This document shows, one piece after another, positions 51,706-64,000 of a stretch of 64,000 bases of DNA; position 1 is the first letter of the stretch; each line of letters starts with the position of its first letter. The notes below the pieces were generated by a model. That model was given only the letters and a program-made list of their open reading frames with translations, had not been told where the DNA came from and did no database searches. The stretch is from Eledone cirrhosa (taxonomy: Eukaryota): NCBI GenBank assembly GCA_964016885.1, contig OZ024741.1, positions 390,042,001 to 390,106,000 of the forward strand. Reading direction: 5' to 3'. The position numbers and the translations under genes were made by a program.

Positions 51706-54700
51706 AAGAAATTGAAAATGCAACTGGAGTCTTTTTAAGAATATTTATTTGTTCCTTTTACCGGTTTTACAGTTCTTATACTTTTTAAAAGTAGCATTGA
51801 GATGGAGGGTTTGTGTTTTTTCTCGCATTTGGTTGGTGTTCGAATGTTACTTCTGTTTTATGTGGAAAAAAAGTGGCTCGAATTGCTAGTTTTAAAAAAA
51901 AGTAATTTGGTTGGTTGATGACTGTCATGTGGATAAGTATAATAAATTTTGCGTCAGTTCGTGTTACAAACTTCTTATTGCATTTGCCTTTAAAAAAAAG
52001 GGGGCTCAAATTTTTTTTTCATATATAAGTGAAATTTGGTTGCTTGATGACAGTCACATGAATAAGCACATCAACTTTCACGCCAGTTCACGTTTGAGGG
52101 TTCTTTATTGTCATTTTCACTTAAAAATGTGGCTCAAAATGTTTTTTTATAAATGTAATTTGATTGGTTATGACCAAGGCTACAGGACCCATGACACCCA
52201 GTGGCACAAACCAATTTTGAAAAACCAAAAATAATCAACCTTTCAAATACAAATTAAAATTCTCTCCAAAGGACTGAAATCACACCAACACCACAATACT
52301 CTAAGCTCAATGAGATAAATGACGATATTTCACACTTCTGTAGAAAATTATATCTCACAGAGGAGTTTTTTGACAAGGAGAATAACGACCAATTAATTGT
52401 ATGGAACAAAAGCAACTACAACCCAACAAAGGGCTGGAACAGAGTTCTGGACAAAATTTGTGATCACATAACAACTTTCCCATACCATGAACTACAGCAA
52501 CCTAAACCCAAACCGAGTCGAAGGGAATGAGAGATTATTCATGAATTAAAAACAATACTGACATTGTAATTAAGGAAGCGGACAAGGGAAGTACTATCAT
52601 CATTATGGATGCTGAACAGTATAAAAATTCTATATTCTCACTTTTACAAGACACTAACTACTATGAAAGAGTAAACAACTACCAACAATCAAAAACGATG
52701 ACCAGATTAAACTCATTCATTTGTCAATACCAGAAAGACTTAACTTAAAAGAAACACGATTATTTAACACATTTTGAAAACAAAACCAGCAACCTTTATG
52801 GACTTCCGAAGATCCACAAGTGTAAAATAATTAACGATGCCTGTAAAGAATCCACCTCAACCTGCGTGAACACACAACACCTCACTGACCTTAAATTAAG
52901 ACAAATTGTAGCAGGCCCACAATGTGAAACACACAGACTGAGCAACTTTATTGACATACTACTAAAACCAATTCTCAAACACATACCAAGCCTTCTAAGA
53001 GACGATCTGGACCTCATAAACCACCTCCCCAAACATGTCAACAACGACACTATTATTGTCTTTCGATCCCACACCAATACGGAATAGAAGCAATAGGATT
53101 CTGGCTAGAGAAATATCCCAATGAGATACCTGACAGAATAGAAAAAGCTTCATCACCGAGGGATTAAAATTTATTTTACAGAACAACATTTTTGATTTCA
53201 ATGGCAGTACTTAAAAGCAAATATTGGGGACTGCGATGGGTACAAAAGTCGCTCCAACTTACGCCAACTTACTCATGGCATACTTGGAAGTCCAGATATA
53301 TGAACACTCCAAATCAAAATACGGCTTGAACTTCCACAAATATTTATTAGAGAATTGGAAACTCTACTTGGATGACTGCTTTAGTCTTTGGTCTCACACA
53401 CTCGACCAACTAATTTATTTCAAAAATTTAATTAACGGCATCAATAACCACATCCAATTCACAATGGAATACAGTCAAGATTAACTCCCATTTCTGAACA
53501 TCTTAATCATAAAAAAAGACACAAATATTGAAACTGACATCCACTACAAACCAACAGATTCCAAACAATATCTGCTATTCACTTCCAGCCACCCAAAGCA
53601 CACGAAGACGAACATCCCTTTTAATCTAACAAGAAGAATTTGCACAATTGTCTCCAATTATGAAACGCGAAATAAAAGACTTCAAGAATTAAAGGAAATT
53701 CTGCTCGAAAGACAGTACCCACCGTTACTAATAGATAATGGAATAGAAAGGGCTAAAGCAATAGGCATTGATGAATTACGAAAACAGAAACAAATTCAAG
53801 GTACGTCCAATATTCTATCATATATCTCAACACACAACCCCAAAAATATGGAAGTGTACAACATTATTCACAAGAACATCCCACTATTGAAACAAGACCC
53901 AAGAATGAAAAAAGCCCTTGAAACACACAAAATAATCAAAAGCAAAAGACAACCGAAATCACTAAAAACATTACTTACCAATGCCGAATTACCCACCACA
54001 AACCTACAACCAACTGTCAAATTGCTCTAATTGCGGAACTTGCACTCACCTCATTGAAGGCAACACGTATACATTTCAATCAGGACAAAATTTTGTTGTC
54101 AAAAATCTCTTCACTTGCTCTTCAAAGAATTTATTTTATGCCATTACATATAAAGGATGCAATGAAGATTATATAGGGCAAACTAAACTCACGCTCAGAA
54201 ACAGAATGACAATTCATCGTTAACAATTACGAGACCCTACCACAAGACAGATACCACTCAGTGCACATCTAGACATATGCGCAAGCGATAAGACACCCAA
54301 ATTCCAAGTCTTCCTGCTTTATCTTTGCGCTGACAATACAACAGAACAAATACGAACAAATAAGGAAAATATGTTTATTCAAAAATATAGACCAGCATTA
54401 AATATAGTTTAATATACATTATGTTAACACCATAACATGCTAACCATCCAAATAGACACATACATACACACACACACACAGCACCCTCTTCTATATTCGA
54501 AAATAAAATAGACTTTAACATACGTTAATATTTTAACACCTTAACATGCTATCCATGCCCCACACACACACAAATAACTCCCTCCCCCATTTCTATTAAT
54601 GGAATCATTTTCCTACACACACACATACACCCATCCATATTAAAATAAAAATATATATCTCTGTTTTCTCTCCTGTGGTCACCACCTTAACATCCTAACC

Positions 54701-54768
54701 CCCCCCCCCCCAAAAAAAAAGCTCCCTTCTCTATTTCTACTAAAGGAATCATTTTTCTACGCACGCAC

Positions 54769-54811
<43 letters not shown>

Positions 54812-55543
54812 TCCACACACAAATAAAAATATATATCTCTATTTTTTACCCTGTCGCCACCACTATCAATACAAACATTCAATTTATTTCAATAGAAAGT
54901 CTGAATTTTGACATCTCAGCACATCAGCCATACTCACTGAACCAGAACGATTTCTCCCCATCTCTTTTTCTTGACAATTATCTTTTGTTTGGCACAAAAC
55001 TCTCTGACAAAAACGGCTACAAAGAACCCCCTGGTGTTGCAAAATTTAATGTACTTATTCATGTGACAGTCATAACCAATCGAATTACATTTATAAAAAA
55101 AACATTTTGAACCACTTTTTTTAAGTAAAAATGACAATAAAGAACCCTCAAACGCAAACTGGTGCGAAAGTTGATGTGCTTATTCACGTGACTGTCATCA
55201 ACCAACCAAATTTCACTTACATATCAAAAAAAAAATTTGAGCCCCCTTTTTTTTAAAGACAGTAAGAACAGTAAGAACTTTGTAACATGAACTGGCATGA
55301 AATTTATTATACTTATTCACGTGACAGTCATCAACCAACCAAATTACTTTTTAAAAAAAAACTAGCAATTCGAGCCACTTTTTTCCACATAAAACAGAAG
55401 TAACATTCGAACACCAACCAGATGCGAGAAAAACCACAAACCCTCCATCTCAATTCTACTTTTGAAAAGCATAAGAATTGTAAAACCGGTAAAGGAAACA
55501 AATAAATATCATAAAAAGACCCCAGTTGCATTTTCGATTTCTT
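51706..55543 (+). mobile_element. Penelope-like element (Neptune-like), decayed RT-GIY-YIG ORF with inverted 5' pLTR
   Basis: LSKGLK, VIKEADKGS, LYGLPKIHK, GTAMGTKVAPTYANL, YLDD, FTME, YKPTD, a Cys-rich linker (CSNCGTC) and NLFYAI...YIGQT over ~52175-54410. 51706-52174 is an inverted copy of ~55068-55543. Confidence 0.9.
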
Positions 55544-55546
55544 TGG

Positions 55547-55872
55547 AGGCACATGGCTTAGTGGTTAGAGCATTGGCCTTGCAATCGAAAGGTTGTGAGT
55601 TCAATTCTCAGACCGGGTGATGTGTTTCTTTGAGCAAGACACTTTATTTCACATTGCTCCAGTTTACTCAGCTGTAGAAATGAGTTGATAGGGACTGGGG
55701 TCCCTATCATTCCACTGCAAAGTGGTCGTGGAGGTGCAATGGCAAAAAAGCACCACTGTAAATGAGGTTGGTGTTAGGAAGGGCATCTAGCTGTAGAAAT
55801 CAAGCCAGAATCAGTTCCCATCCCACCCTTGCAAACAAGGAAAAGCGGACGTAAAAATGATGATGATGATGA
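55547..55872 (+). mobile_element. tRNA-derived SINE with an RTE-derived 3' tail
   Basis: tRNA-like head (tggcttagtggttagagc...gagttcaattctc), CORE-like body, then a 3' end closely matching the RTE family B UTR and ending (GAT)n. A second, 5'-truncated copy lies at 57755-58070. Confidence 0.72.
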
Positions 55873-56039
55873 TTTCCTTATACTTTCGTGTAGGACATCT
55901 TGCTTTATTTTTTCTTTTAAAAAAACCCTAATTTTCTTATATATATACTGGCTGAAAGATGGATTGATAAGACAATAGAGGTAGTTCGAGTCAGTAGTAC
56001 TTAGCACGCACGGAGGCTGGCAGTAGGAGGATTTCTAAT

Positions 56040-56495
56040 GTTCTGCGACAGGAAGATCAGAGACATGCGGTGTTCCGCATTGCAAGGCAGTGTGTCAGTG
56101 CAAATCGGGATGTTGTTGTAGATAAATGTGTCCGGAATGATGCTGGGGTACTTAGTGTCATTAATGATGAAAAAAAAAAAATATATATATATATATATAC
56201 ATACATACATATATATATATATATATCATCATCATCTTCTTCATTTAACGTCCATTTTCCACGCTAGCATGGGTTAGACGGGAGTTGTCCCACTTGAGGC
56301 AAGGCTGGTTGGGTGACCGTGTCTCGCTCATATAGGACTATCTGGCAGGTTTTCTACGGCTGGATGCCCTTCTTAACACCAACCACATTTACAGTGTGGA
56401 ACTGGGAACTTTTTACCGTGTTACCTACACGGCCACATTACAACGTGGACTGTGTGTTTTTTTTTGTCGTGACACCTACATGATCTCGATCTCAT
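56040..56495. mobile_element. Two RTE fragments around a (TA)n tract (+ internal piece 56040-56180; - 3' UTR 56226-56495)
   Basis: VFRIARQCVSANRDVVVDKCVRNDAG on +; family A-like 3' UTR with a (CAT)n tail on -. Confidence 0.75.
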
Positions 56496-56502
56496 TTATA
56501 TA

Positions 56503-57321
56503 TCATAATCTATAAAGCTCAGTGTGTGGTCATGTTTCCTTCGTTATAGAAATCTACGATATAGAATTTCTTCAATTGAAATTTACAATTCAGTACTCGA
56601 AATAGTTTCGATTGCGTCTTGACGCAGATAATTTTTTCAATTTCACCCACAATTACGCAAAAAATAGATAAAACTCAATATTTTACGATTTTTCTCTCTC
56701 ATTTAAACTGCTGAACTCTTTCTACTACCATTCAAAATCTATACAACTTCATACTTTCTGCTACTTTCTCTTTCCAAGCTTGATGGTGATACTGTCCGTT
56801 CACACCACTCCCTACTGTCTTAAATTTAGAAAACACATATCCTCTATGAGGTTACTAAACCTGCTAGAAACAGCAGCTAACTCTTCCCCATATCACACCC
56901 CTCCCCACACCACTCCCTACTGTCTTAAATTTAGAAAACACATATCCTCTATGAGGTCACTAAACCTGCTAGAAACAACAGCTAACTCTCCCTCATATCA
57001 CAACCCTCCCTACTGTCTTAAATTTAGAAAACACACAGACAACCATGCAGAACAACTCCATCGCAGCTCTGTTGTTCGGCTGGCATCGTCTACGCGCGTG
57101 TTGCGCAAGTACTGTGAAACAATAAATTTCAACACTTTTTTGCACAGAGATAATATCCATAGGCGAAACTACAATTGTCACTGCTGGCGCAGCTCATGCT
57201 TCCAGGTCTGCAATTCATTCACCCAGTGCCTGGCAGACAAAAAAGTACTGCCATAAAATGGGTGGTGCAACCTAACTTTGGTAACTTAATGACCCCGAGC
57301 AACGCCGGGCTTTAATGCTAG
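56503..57321 (+). mobile_element. Non-autonomous Helitron with internal ~100-bp tandem repeats
   Basis: 5' TC-ataatctataaag, 3' hairpin cccg-agcaacgc-cggg and CTAG|T at 57318-57322. Tandem units ccctactgtcttaaatttagaaaacac occur three times (56800-57035). Confidence 0.75.
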
Positions 57322-58086
57322 TATATATATATATATATATAACTGAACAAAAAAGAAAAACGAACACAGACATATACATATATGTGTTCAAATCGTAAGG
57401 GACCAGATTTGCTAAGGTGAAGAGAATACTAACTATAGACAATAGGGTTTGCCAGACTCATTTTAAGAATAAATCAAGAAAATAAATACAAACCCGGTCA
57501 GTTTTGATAATACTGTTTCGCAATATTAATTGTGAAGAGGAATACCAAATCCTTGCTCAGCAGTGGGTGAAGAATTATTAGTATCCTGGTCACTTATATT
57601 AAAAAACTGGATAGTGTGCGTATATATAGCAACGCACATAGTTTCAGAACTTAGCATGTCTCGCACACTCACACCACTAAAAATAGCAGCCGGGTTTACT
57701 TGATATTTGAATTAGCTCGACGAATTAACGGAGCCGAATATATCAAAGGCATATATTGAGTTCAATTCTCAGACCGGGTGTTGTTTCCTTGAGCAAGACA
57801 CTTTATTTCACATTGCTCCAGTTTACTCAGCTATAGAAATGAGATGATAGGGCTGGGGTCCCTATCATTCTACTGCAAAGTGGTCGCGCAGGTGCCATGG
57901 CAAAAAAAAGCACCCAGCCTACACTGTAAAGTGGACCTGTAGGTGCCATGGAAAAAAAGCACCCAGCACTCACTGTAAATGAGGTTGGTGTTAGGAAGGG
58001 CATCCAGCTGTAGAAATCAAGCCAGTTCCTGTACCACCCTTGCAAGCAGGGAAAAGCGGACGTAAAAGAGAAATGAAAATTAAATG

Positions 58087-58119
<33 letters not shown>

Positions 58120-58196
58120 ATATATATATATGTATGTATATATATATATGTATGTATGTATATATATATGTATGTATATATATATATATATGTATG

Positions 58197-58229
<33 letters not shown>

Positions 58230-58422
58230 ATATATATATATATGTATGTATATATATATGTATGTATGTATATATATATGTATGTATGTATATATATATA
58301 TATATGTATGTATATATATATATATATGTATGTATATATATATATATATGTATGTATATATATATATATATATGTATGTATATATATATATATATGTATG
58401 TATATATATATATATAAGTATG

Positions 58423-58455
<33 letters not shown>

Positions 58456-58474
58456 ATATATATATGTATGTATG

Positions 58475-58504
<30 letters not shown>
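58087..58504. repeat. (TA)n/(TATG)n microsatellite
   Basis: Simple repeat; the overlapping YI-rich ORFs are artefacts. Confidence 0.97.
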
Positions 58505-58505
<1 letters not shown>

Positions 58506-59635
58506 CATCATCATCAACGTTTAACGTCCGTGTTCCACGCTTGCATGGGTTCGGACGGGGGTAGTCCCACTTGAGGCAAGAGTGATTGTCTTGCTCGCAT
58601 AGGACTGTCTGGCAGGTTTTCTACAGTTGGATGCCCTTCCTAACACCAACCACATTTACAGGGTGGGGCTGGGAGGTTTTTACCGTGTTGCCTACACGGC
58701 CACATTACAGCGTGGACTGTGTGTTTTTTTGTCGTGACACCTACACGATCTCATTTGTTTCGGCCTCGATGGCGCGGCACCAACATAACTTTACATAGAA
58801 TGGGGTGGTGTGGATGGGGTGGGGGTGGTGGGACGGGGTGTATTTTGTTAGAGATACCTACTGGCTGGAGTAGGTTTTACTATATATTTAGGTAAGGCGG
58901 GTCTTCTCTGTTACTGAGTACCGCCAAAGGTCTCGGTCCAGTGACATTGTCTTGGAGAGGTGTAAGTGTGTGATGTCGGAGTTTATCAGCTCGTCCCAGG
59001 TTTTTCTAGGTCTGCCTATTCCGTGACTACCGTCTATCTTTATTGCCCTGCACTTTGTTATACAGCTATCGACTTTCATGCGCATCACGTGTCCATACCA
59101 ACGTAGCCTTCTCTCGAGTAAACAACATCTGATCCCTCTTATCTCTAATTTTTTCCTTAGTTCGTTTATGCTTTGCCGTTCACGTATATTACTGTTACAC
59201 ATCCAGCGGAGCATGCAAGCTTCGTTCCTCTCTAGTCTGCGTATATCCTCTGCACACAATGCCCAGGTCTCACTGCCATGCAGCATTGCTGTTCGTATGC
59301 AGGCATCGTACAACCTGCCTTTCATTTTTAGGGAGAACCCTTTAGCAGCTAATAGTGGTATAAGCTCTCTGAACTTTTTCCAACCAGTTCTGACTCTAGC
59401 TACAGTACTTTCAGAGCACCCTCCCCCACTGCTGATTTTATCGCCCAGGTAACGGAAGCTGTCCACTATTTCTATAGAACCCTCTGCGCAATTGAAAGAG
59501 CTAGTATTTTGTGGGCACTTGCTGCTACTTATTGCACCAGAACACCGGCCACATGTAAAATCTATGTTCTTAGTTAGCTTACCTGTGATCCCACTACATC
59601 TTTTATGCACCCATACTTTGCATTTAGGACATAAA
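58505..59635 (-). mobile_element. RTE LINE (family A), 5'-truncated
   Basis: Near-identical to 18013-19141 and embedded between TA tracts. Confidence 0.95.
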
Positions 59636-59744
59636 GTATGTATATATATATATATGTATGTATATATATATATGTATATAATGTATATATATGTATATAT
59701 ATATGTATATATATATATGTATATACTGTATATATATGTATATA

Positions 59745-59859
<115 letters not shown>

Positions 59860-59864
59860 GTATA

Positions 59865-61460
59865 TCATCATCATCATCATCATCACCGTTTTACGTCCGT
59901 TCTTCCACGCTAGCATGGGTTAGACGGGTTGTCCTGTTGTGGGCAGTGTCTGGTCGGCTGACCATGCCTTGCTCATACAGGAACTGATCTGGCTTGATTT
60001 CTACAGCTGGATGCCCTTCCTAACACCAACCTCATTTACAGTGAGTGCTGGGTGCTTTTTCGTGGCGCCTACACGTCCACTTTACAGTGTGGGCTGGGTG
60101 CTTTTTTGCCGTGGCACCTCCACGACCACCTTGCGGTGGGGGGGGGGGCATATTGTTTATATGCTTCAGCATGTACCCATGGGAGGTCGGGTACCCTGTA
60201 TTACTGCGTGACGCCAGAAGTCACGGTCGTGTGTCATTGACTTTGAGAGGTGTAGTTGGGTAAGGTCGGCTTTTATCACCTCATCCCAAGTCATCTTGGG
60301 TCTCCCCACTCCGCGGTTTCCATCAACTTCTAGTGCTCTGCACCTTTTTATGCAGCTGTCATCCTTCATACGCATCACATGTCCATACCAGCGTAACCGC
60401 CTCTCCTACACGCAGCATTTGATTCCTCTTATGCTCAGTCTCTCTCTCAATTCATTTATGCTTTGTCGTTCACGTATATTACTGTTACACATCCATCGGA
60501 GCATGCAGGCTTCGTTTCTCTCTAATCTACGTAAGTCTTCCACCTTCAGCGCCCAGGTCTCACTACCATGCAACATCGCTGTTCGGATACACGCATCATA
60601 CAGTCTGCCTTTCATTCTGAGGGAGAAGCCTTTTGCAGCTAGCAGTGGTAGTAGTTCCCTAAACTTCTTCCATCCCGTTCTTACCCTAGTTATTGTACTT
60701 TCTGAGCACCCACCTCCGTTGCTAATTCGGTCACCTAGGTAGCAGAAGCTGTCTACTGTTTCTACAGGGCCCTCCCAGAGATTGGTGGTACTTGTTTCCT
60801 GTGGCTGTTTGCTGCTTGCTGTTTCAGCACAGCTGCTGCATGTGGATCCTACATTCTTAATTAAGCTTCCTGAGATCCCGCTACATCTCTTGTGTACCCA
60901 TTGTTTGCATTTGGGGCAGAGAATGGAGTTCCTACCTACACCTTTCCTACATACTGAGCAAGGCCATTTCCCCGAGGGGATCTGGGTTCTGTTTTCTTGT
61001 CTACTTACAAGGACCTTAGTCTTGGTCATGTTGACTTTGAGACCCTTTCTCTCTAGTCCCTGCTTCCAGGTTTGGAATTTATTCTCTAGTTCTACCATAG
61101 ATTCAGTTATGAGTGCGAGGTCATCAGCATACAGGAGTTCCCATGGGCATCCGGTCTTAAACTCCTCCGTTATTGCCTGCAGGACTATGATGAACAGGAG
61201 AGGGCTAAGAACAGAGCCCTGGTGGACCCCAACCTGTACGCTAAATTCCTCGCTATACTCATTGCTAATCCTAACTTTGCTGACTGCTCCCCTATACATG
61301 GCTTGTACCGCTTTCACAAGCCATTCATCTACTCCTAGTTTTCTAAGAGCCCACCAGATTACAGCACGTGGAACTCTGTCAAAGGCTTTCTCAAGGTCGA
61401 CAAATGCCAAGTAGAGTGGCTTACTTTTAGCTAGGTACTTTTCCTGTAATTGCCACACAA
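59865..61460 (-). mobile_element. RTE LINE (family B), 5'-truncated, with RT and C4HC3 finger
   Basis: [29 protein letters not shown] and WPCSVC...CPKC..VHKRC...CSSC. One in-frame stop at 60406. (TGA)n tail and TA tracts on both sides. Confidence 0.95.
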
Positions 61461-61567
61461 ATGTATATATATGTATATGTATATATATATATGTATATGT
61501 ATATATATGTATATATATGTATATGTATATATATATATATGTATATGTATATATATGTATATATATG

Positions 61568-61622
<55 letters not shown>

Positions 61623-61968
61623 GGAGAGATGACCCCTTAGCCTTTGTCAAGGCAGAATTCTAGGAGAAGGAAAACTCTGATATAACACCTGCAACCCTGA
61701 TGGTATCCAATGATGTTGACTTGTTCTTCTTTTTGGTAAATATCATCTTGGTTAAGAGAATGAGACTGGCTTTGTGCAGTGCTTTTGCTCACTATAAAAT
61801 CTTCACGGCACAGGCATTGCTTTGTATCTGGAGATCTCTCTGCACTTGTCTTCACATGGTGCCGTGGGCCCAGCACTATGTGTCAAGAATTGTCACAGGT
61901 GTAGTGTTTGTACCAGAGTTTCAAGTCGCTGGCTGGACTAAAAAGTCACACTTGTTTAGCGCTTCGGT

Positions 61969-62168
61969 NNNNNNNNNNNNNNNNNNNNNNNNNNNNNNNN
62001 NNNNNNNNNNNNNNNNNNNNNNNNNNNNNNNNNNNNNNNNNNNNNNNNNNNNNNNNNNNNNNNNNNNNNNNNNNNNNNNNNNNNNNNNNNNNNNNNNNNN
62101 NNNNNNNNNNNNNNNNNNNNNNNNNNNNNNNNNNNNNNNNNNNNNNNNNNNNNNNNNNNNNNNNNNNN
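61969..62168. other. Assembly gap (200 N)
   Basis: Run of N. Confidence 0.99.
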
Positions 62169-62169
62169 T

Positions 62170-62265
62170 AAACACATATTATATATATATGTATATATAT
62201 ATATATATGTGTATATAAATACATATGTATATATATATATATATATGTGTGTATATATACATATG

Positions 62266-62296
<31 letters not shown>

Positions 62297-62317
62297 ATAT
62301 ATATGTATGTATGTATA

Positions 62318-62358
<41 letters not shown>

Positions 62359-62793
62359 ATATATATACATATGTATATATATATATATTATGTATGTAGT
62401 ATATATATATATATGTATGTATATATATGTATATATATATATATATATATGTGTATATATATACATATGTATATATATATATATGTATGTATGTATATAT
62501 GTATGTATGTATATATATATGTATGTATGTATGTATATATATATATATGTATATATGTATGTATGTATATATATATATATGTATGTATGTATATATATAT
62601 GTATGTATATATATATGTATGTATGTATATATATATATATGTATGTATATATATTATATATGTATATATATATATATGTATATATATGTATATGTATATA
62701 TATGTATATGTATATATATGTATATATATATATGTATATATATAATATGTATATATATATATATGTATATATATGTATATATATATATATGTA

Positions 62794-62844
<51 letters not shown>

Positions 62845-62877
62845 GTATATATATTTATATATATATGTATATATATG

Positions 62878-62908
<31 letters not shown>

Positions 62909-62909
62909 G

Positions 62910-62942
<33 letters not shown>

Positions 62943-62994
62943 GTATATATATGTATTATATATGTATATATATATATATATATGTATATATATG

Positions 62995-63029
<35 letters not shown>

Positions 63030-63083
63030 GTATATATATATGTATATATGTAATATATATATATATATGTATATATATATATG

Positions 63084-63130
<47 letters not shown>

Positions 63131-63131
63131 G

Positions 63132-63218
<87 letters not shown>

Positions 63219-63275
63219 GTATATATATATGTATATATATATGTATATGTATATATATATATGTATATATATATG

Positions 63276-63324
<49 letters not shown>

Positions 63325-63515
63325 GTATATATATATAGTATTATATATATATGTATATATATATGTATATATATATATATATGTATATATATATGTATAT
63401 ATATATATGTATATATATATGTATATATATATGTGTATATATATATGTGTATATATATATGTAAATATATATATGTATATATATGTATATATATATATGT
63501 ATATATATATATATG

Positions 63516-63590
<75 letters not shown>

Positions 63591-63621
63591 GTATGTATAT
63601 ATATATATGTATATATATATG

Positions 63622-63686
<65 letters not shown>

Positions 63687-63699
63687 GTATATATATATG

Positions 63700-63746
<47 letters not shown>

Positions 63747-63759
63747 GTATATATATATG

Positions 63760-63790
<31 letters not shown>

Positions 63791-63831
63791 GTATATATAT
63801 GTATATATATATATATATGTATATATATATG

Positions 63832-63901
<70 letters not shown>

Positions 63902-63932
63902 GTATATATATATATATATGTATATATATATG

Positions 63933-63963
<31 letters not shown>

Positions 63964-64000
63964 GTATATGTATATATATATATATGTATATGTATATATA
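62170..64000. repeat. Long (TA)n/(TATG)n microsatellite running to the window end
   Basis: ~1.8 kb of simple repeat; all ORFs here are artefacts. Confidence 0.98.

Noticed and set aside
55547-55620. tRNA-like sequences with A/B boxes
   Set aside because: These are SINE heads continuing into conserved SINE bodies; no complete cloverleaf is evident.
56800-57035. Repeat array superficially resembling CRISPR repeat-spacer units
   Set aside because: The intervening sequences are themselves repeated, the context is a eukaryotic Helitron, and there are no cas genes.
61625-61968. Unique-looking segment before the gap as SQOR exon 5
   Set aside because: No frame resembles the expected downstream SQOR sequence; it is more likely a decayed repeat.
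62179-63870. Long Y/I/M/C/V-rich ORFs (also 58080-58574, 59638-59987 and 24578-24890)
   Set aside because: Translations of TA/TG microsatellites that lack stop codons by composition.

Overview
AT-rich, repeat-dense animal genomic DNA. The repeat families and (TA)n abundance suggest a cephalopod such as Octopus; this is inference. Two spliced host genes lie on the + strand. The first is represented by the last three visible coding exons of an unidentified coiled-coil/low-complexity protein (2781-8391). The second is exons 1-4 of mitochondrial sulfide:quinone oxidoreductase (SQOR, 28168-50365), whose remaining exons were not found in the window. The rest is mostly mobile DNA: a full-length decayed Gypsy LTR element with a 5-bp TSD, a solo LTR, several RTE LINEs, CR1, Tx1/L1 and CRE-like LINE fragments, at least three Penelope-like elements, Helitrons, Tc1/mariner relics and MITEs, tRNA-derived SINEs, and long microsatellites next to a 200-N gap. 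Three signals stand out. (1) Young RTE LINEs carry a C4HC3 PHD-type finger inside the reverse transcriptase and are repeatedly found inside (TA)n tracts. (2) A 125-bp-arm inverted repeat in SQOR intron 1 has an intact-looking type I hammerhead ribozyme in one arm and a core-mutated copy in the other, and several more Penelope-associated hammerhead-like motifs occur in the window. (3) A 120-bp spacerless palindrome lies just upstream of SQOR. All calls come from reading the sequence by eye; no database searches were run.
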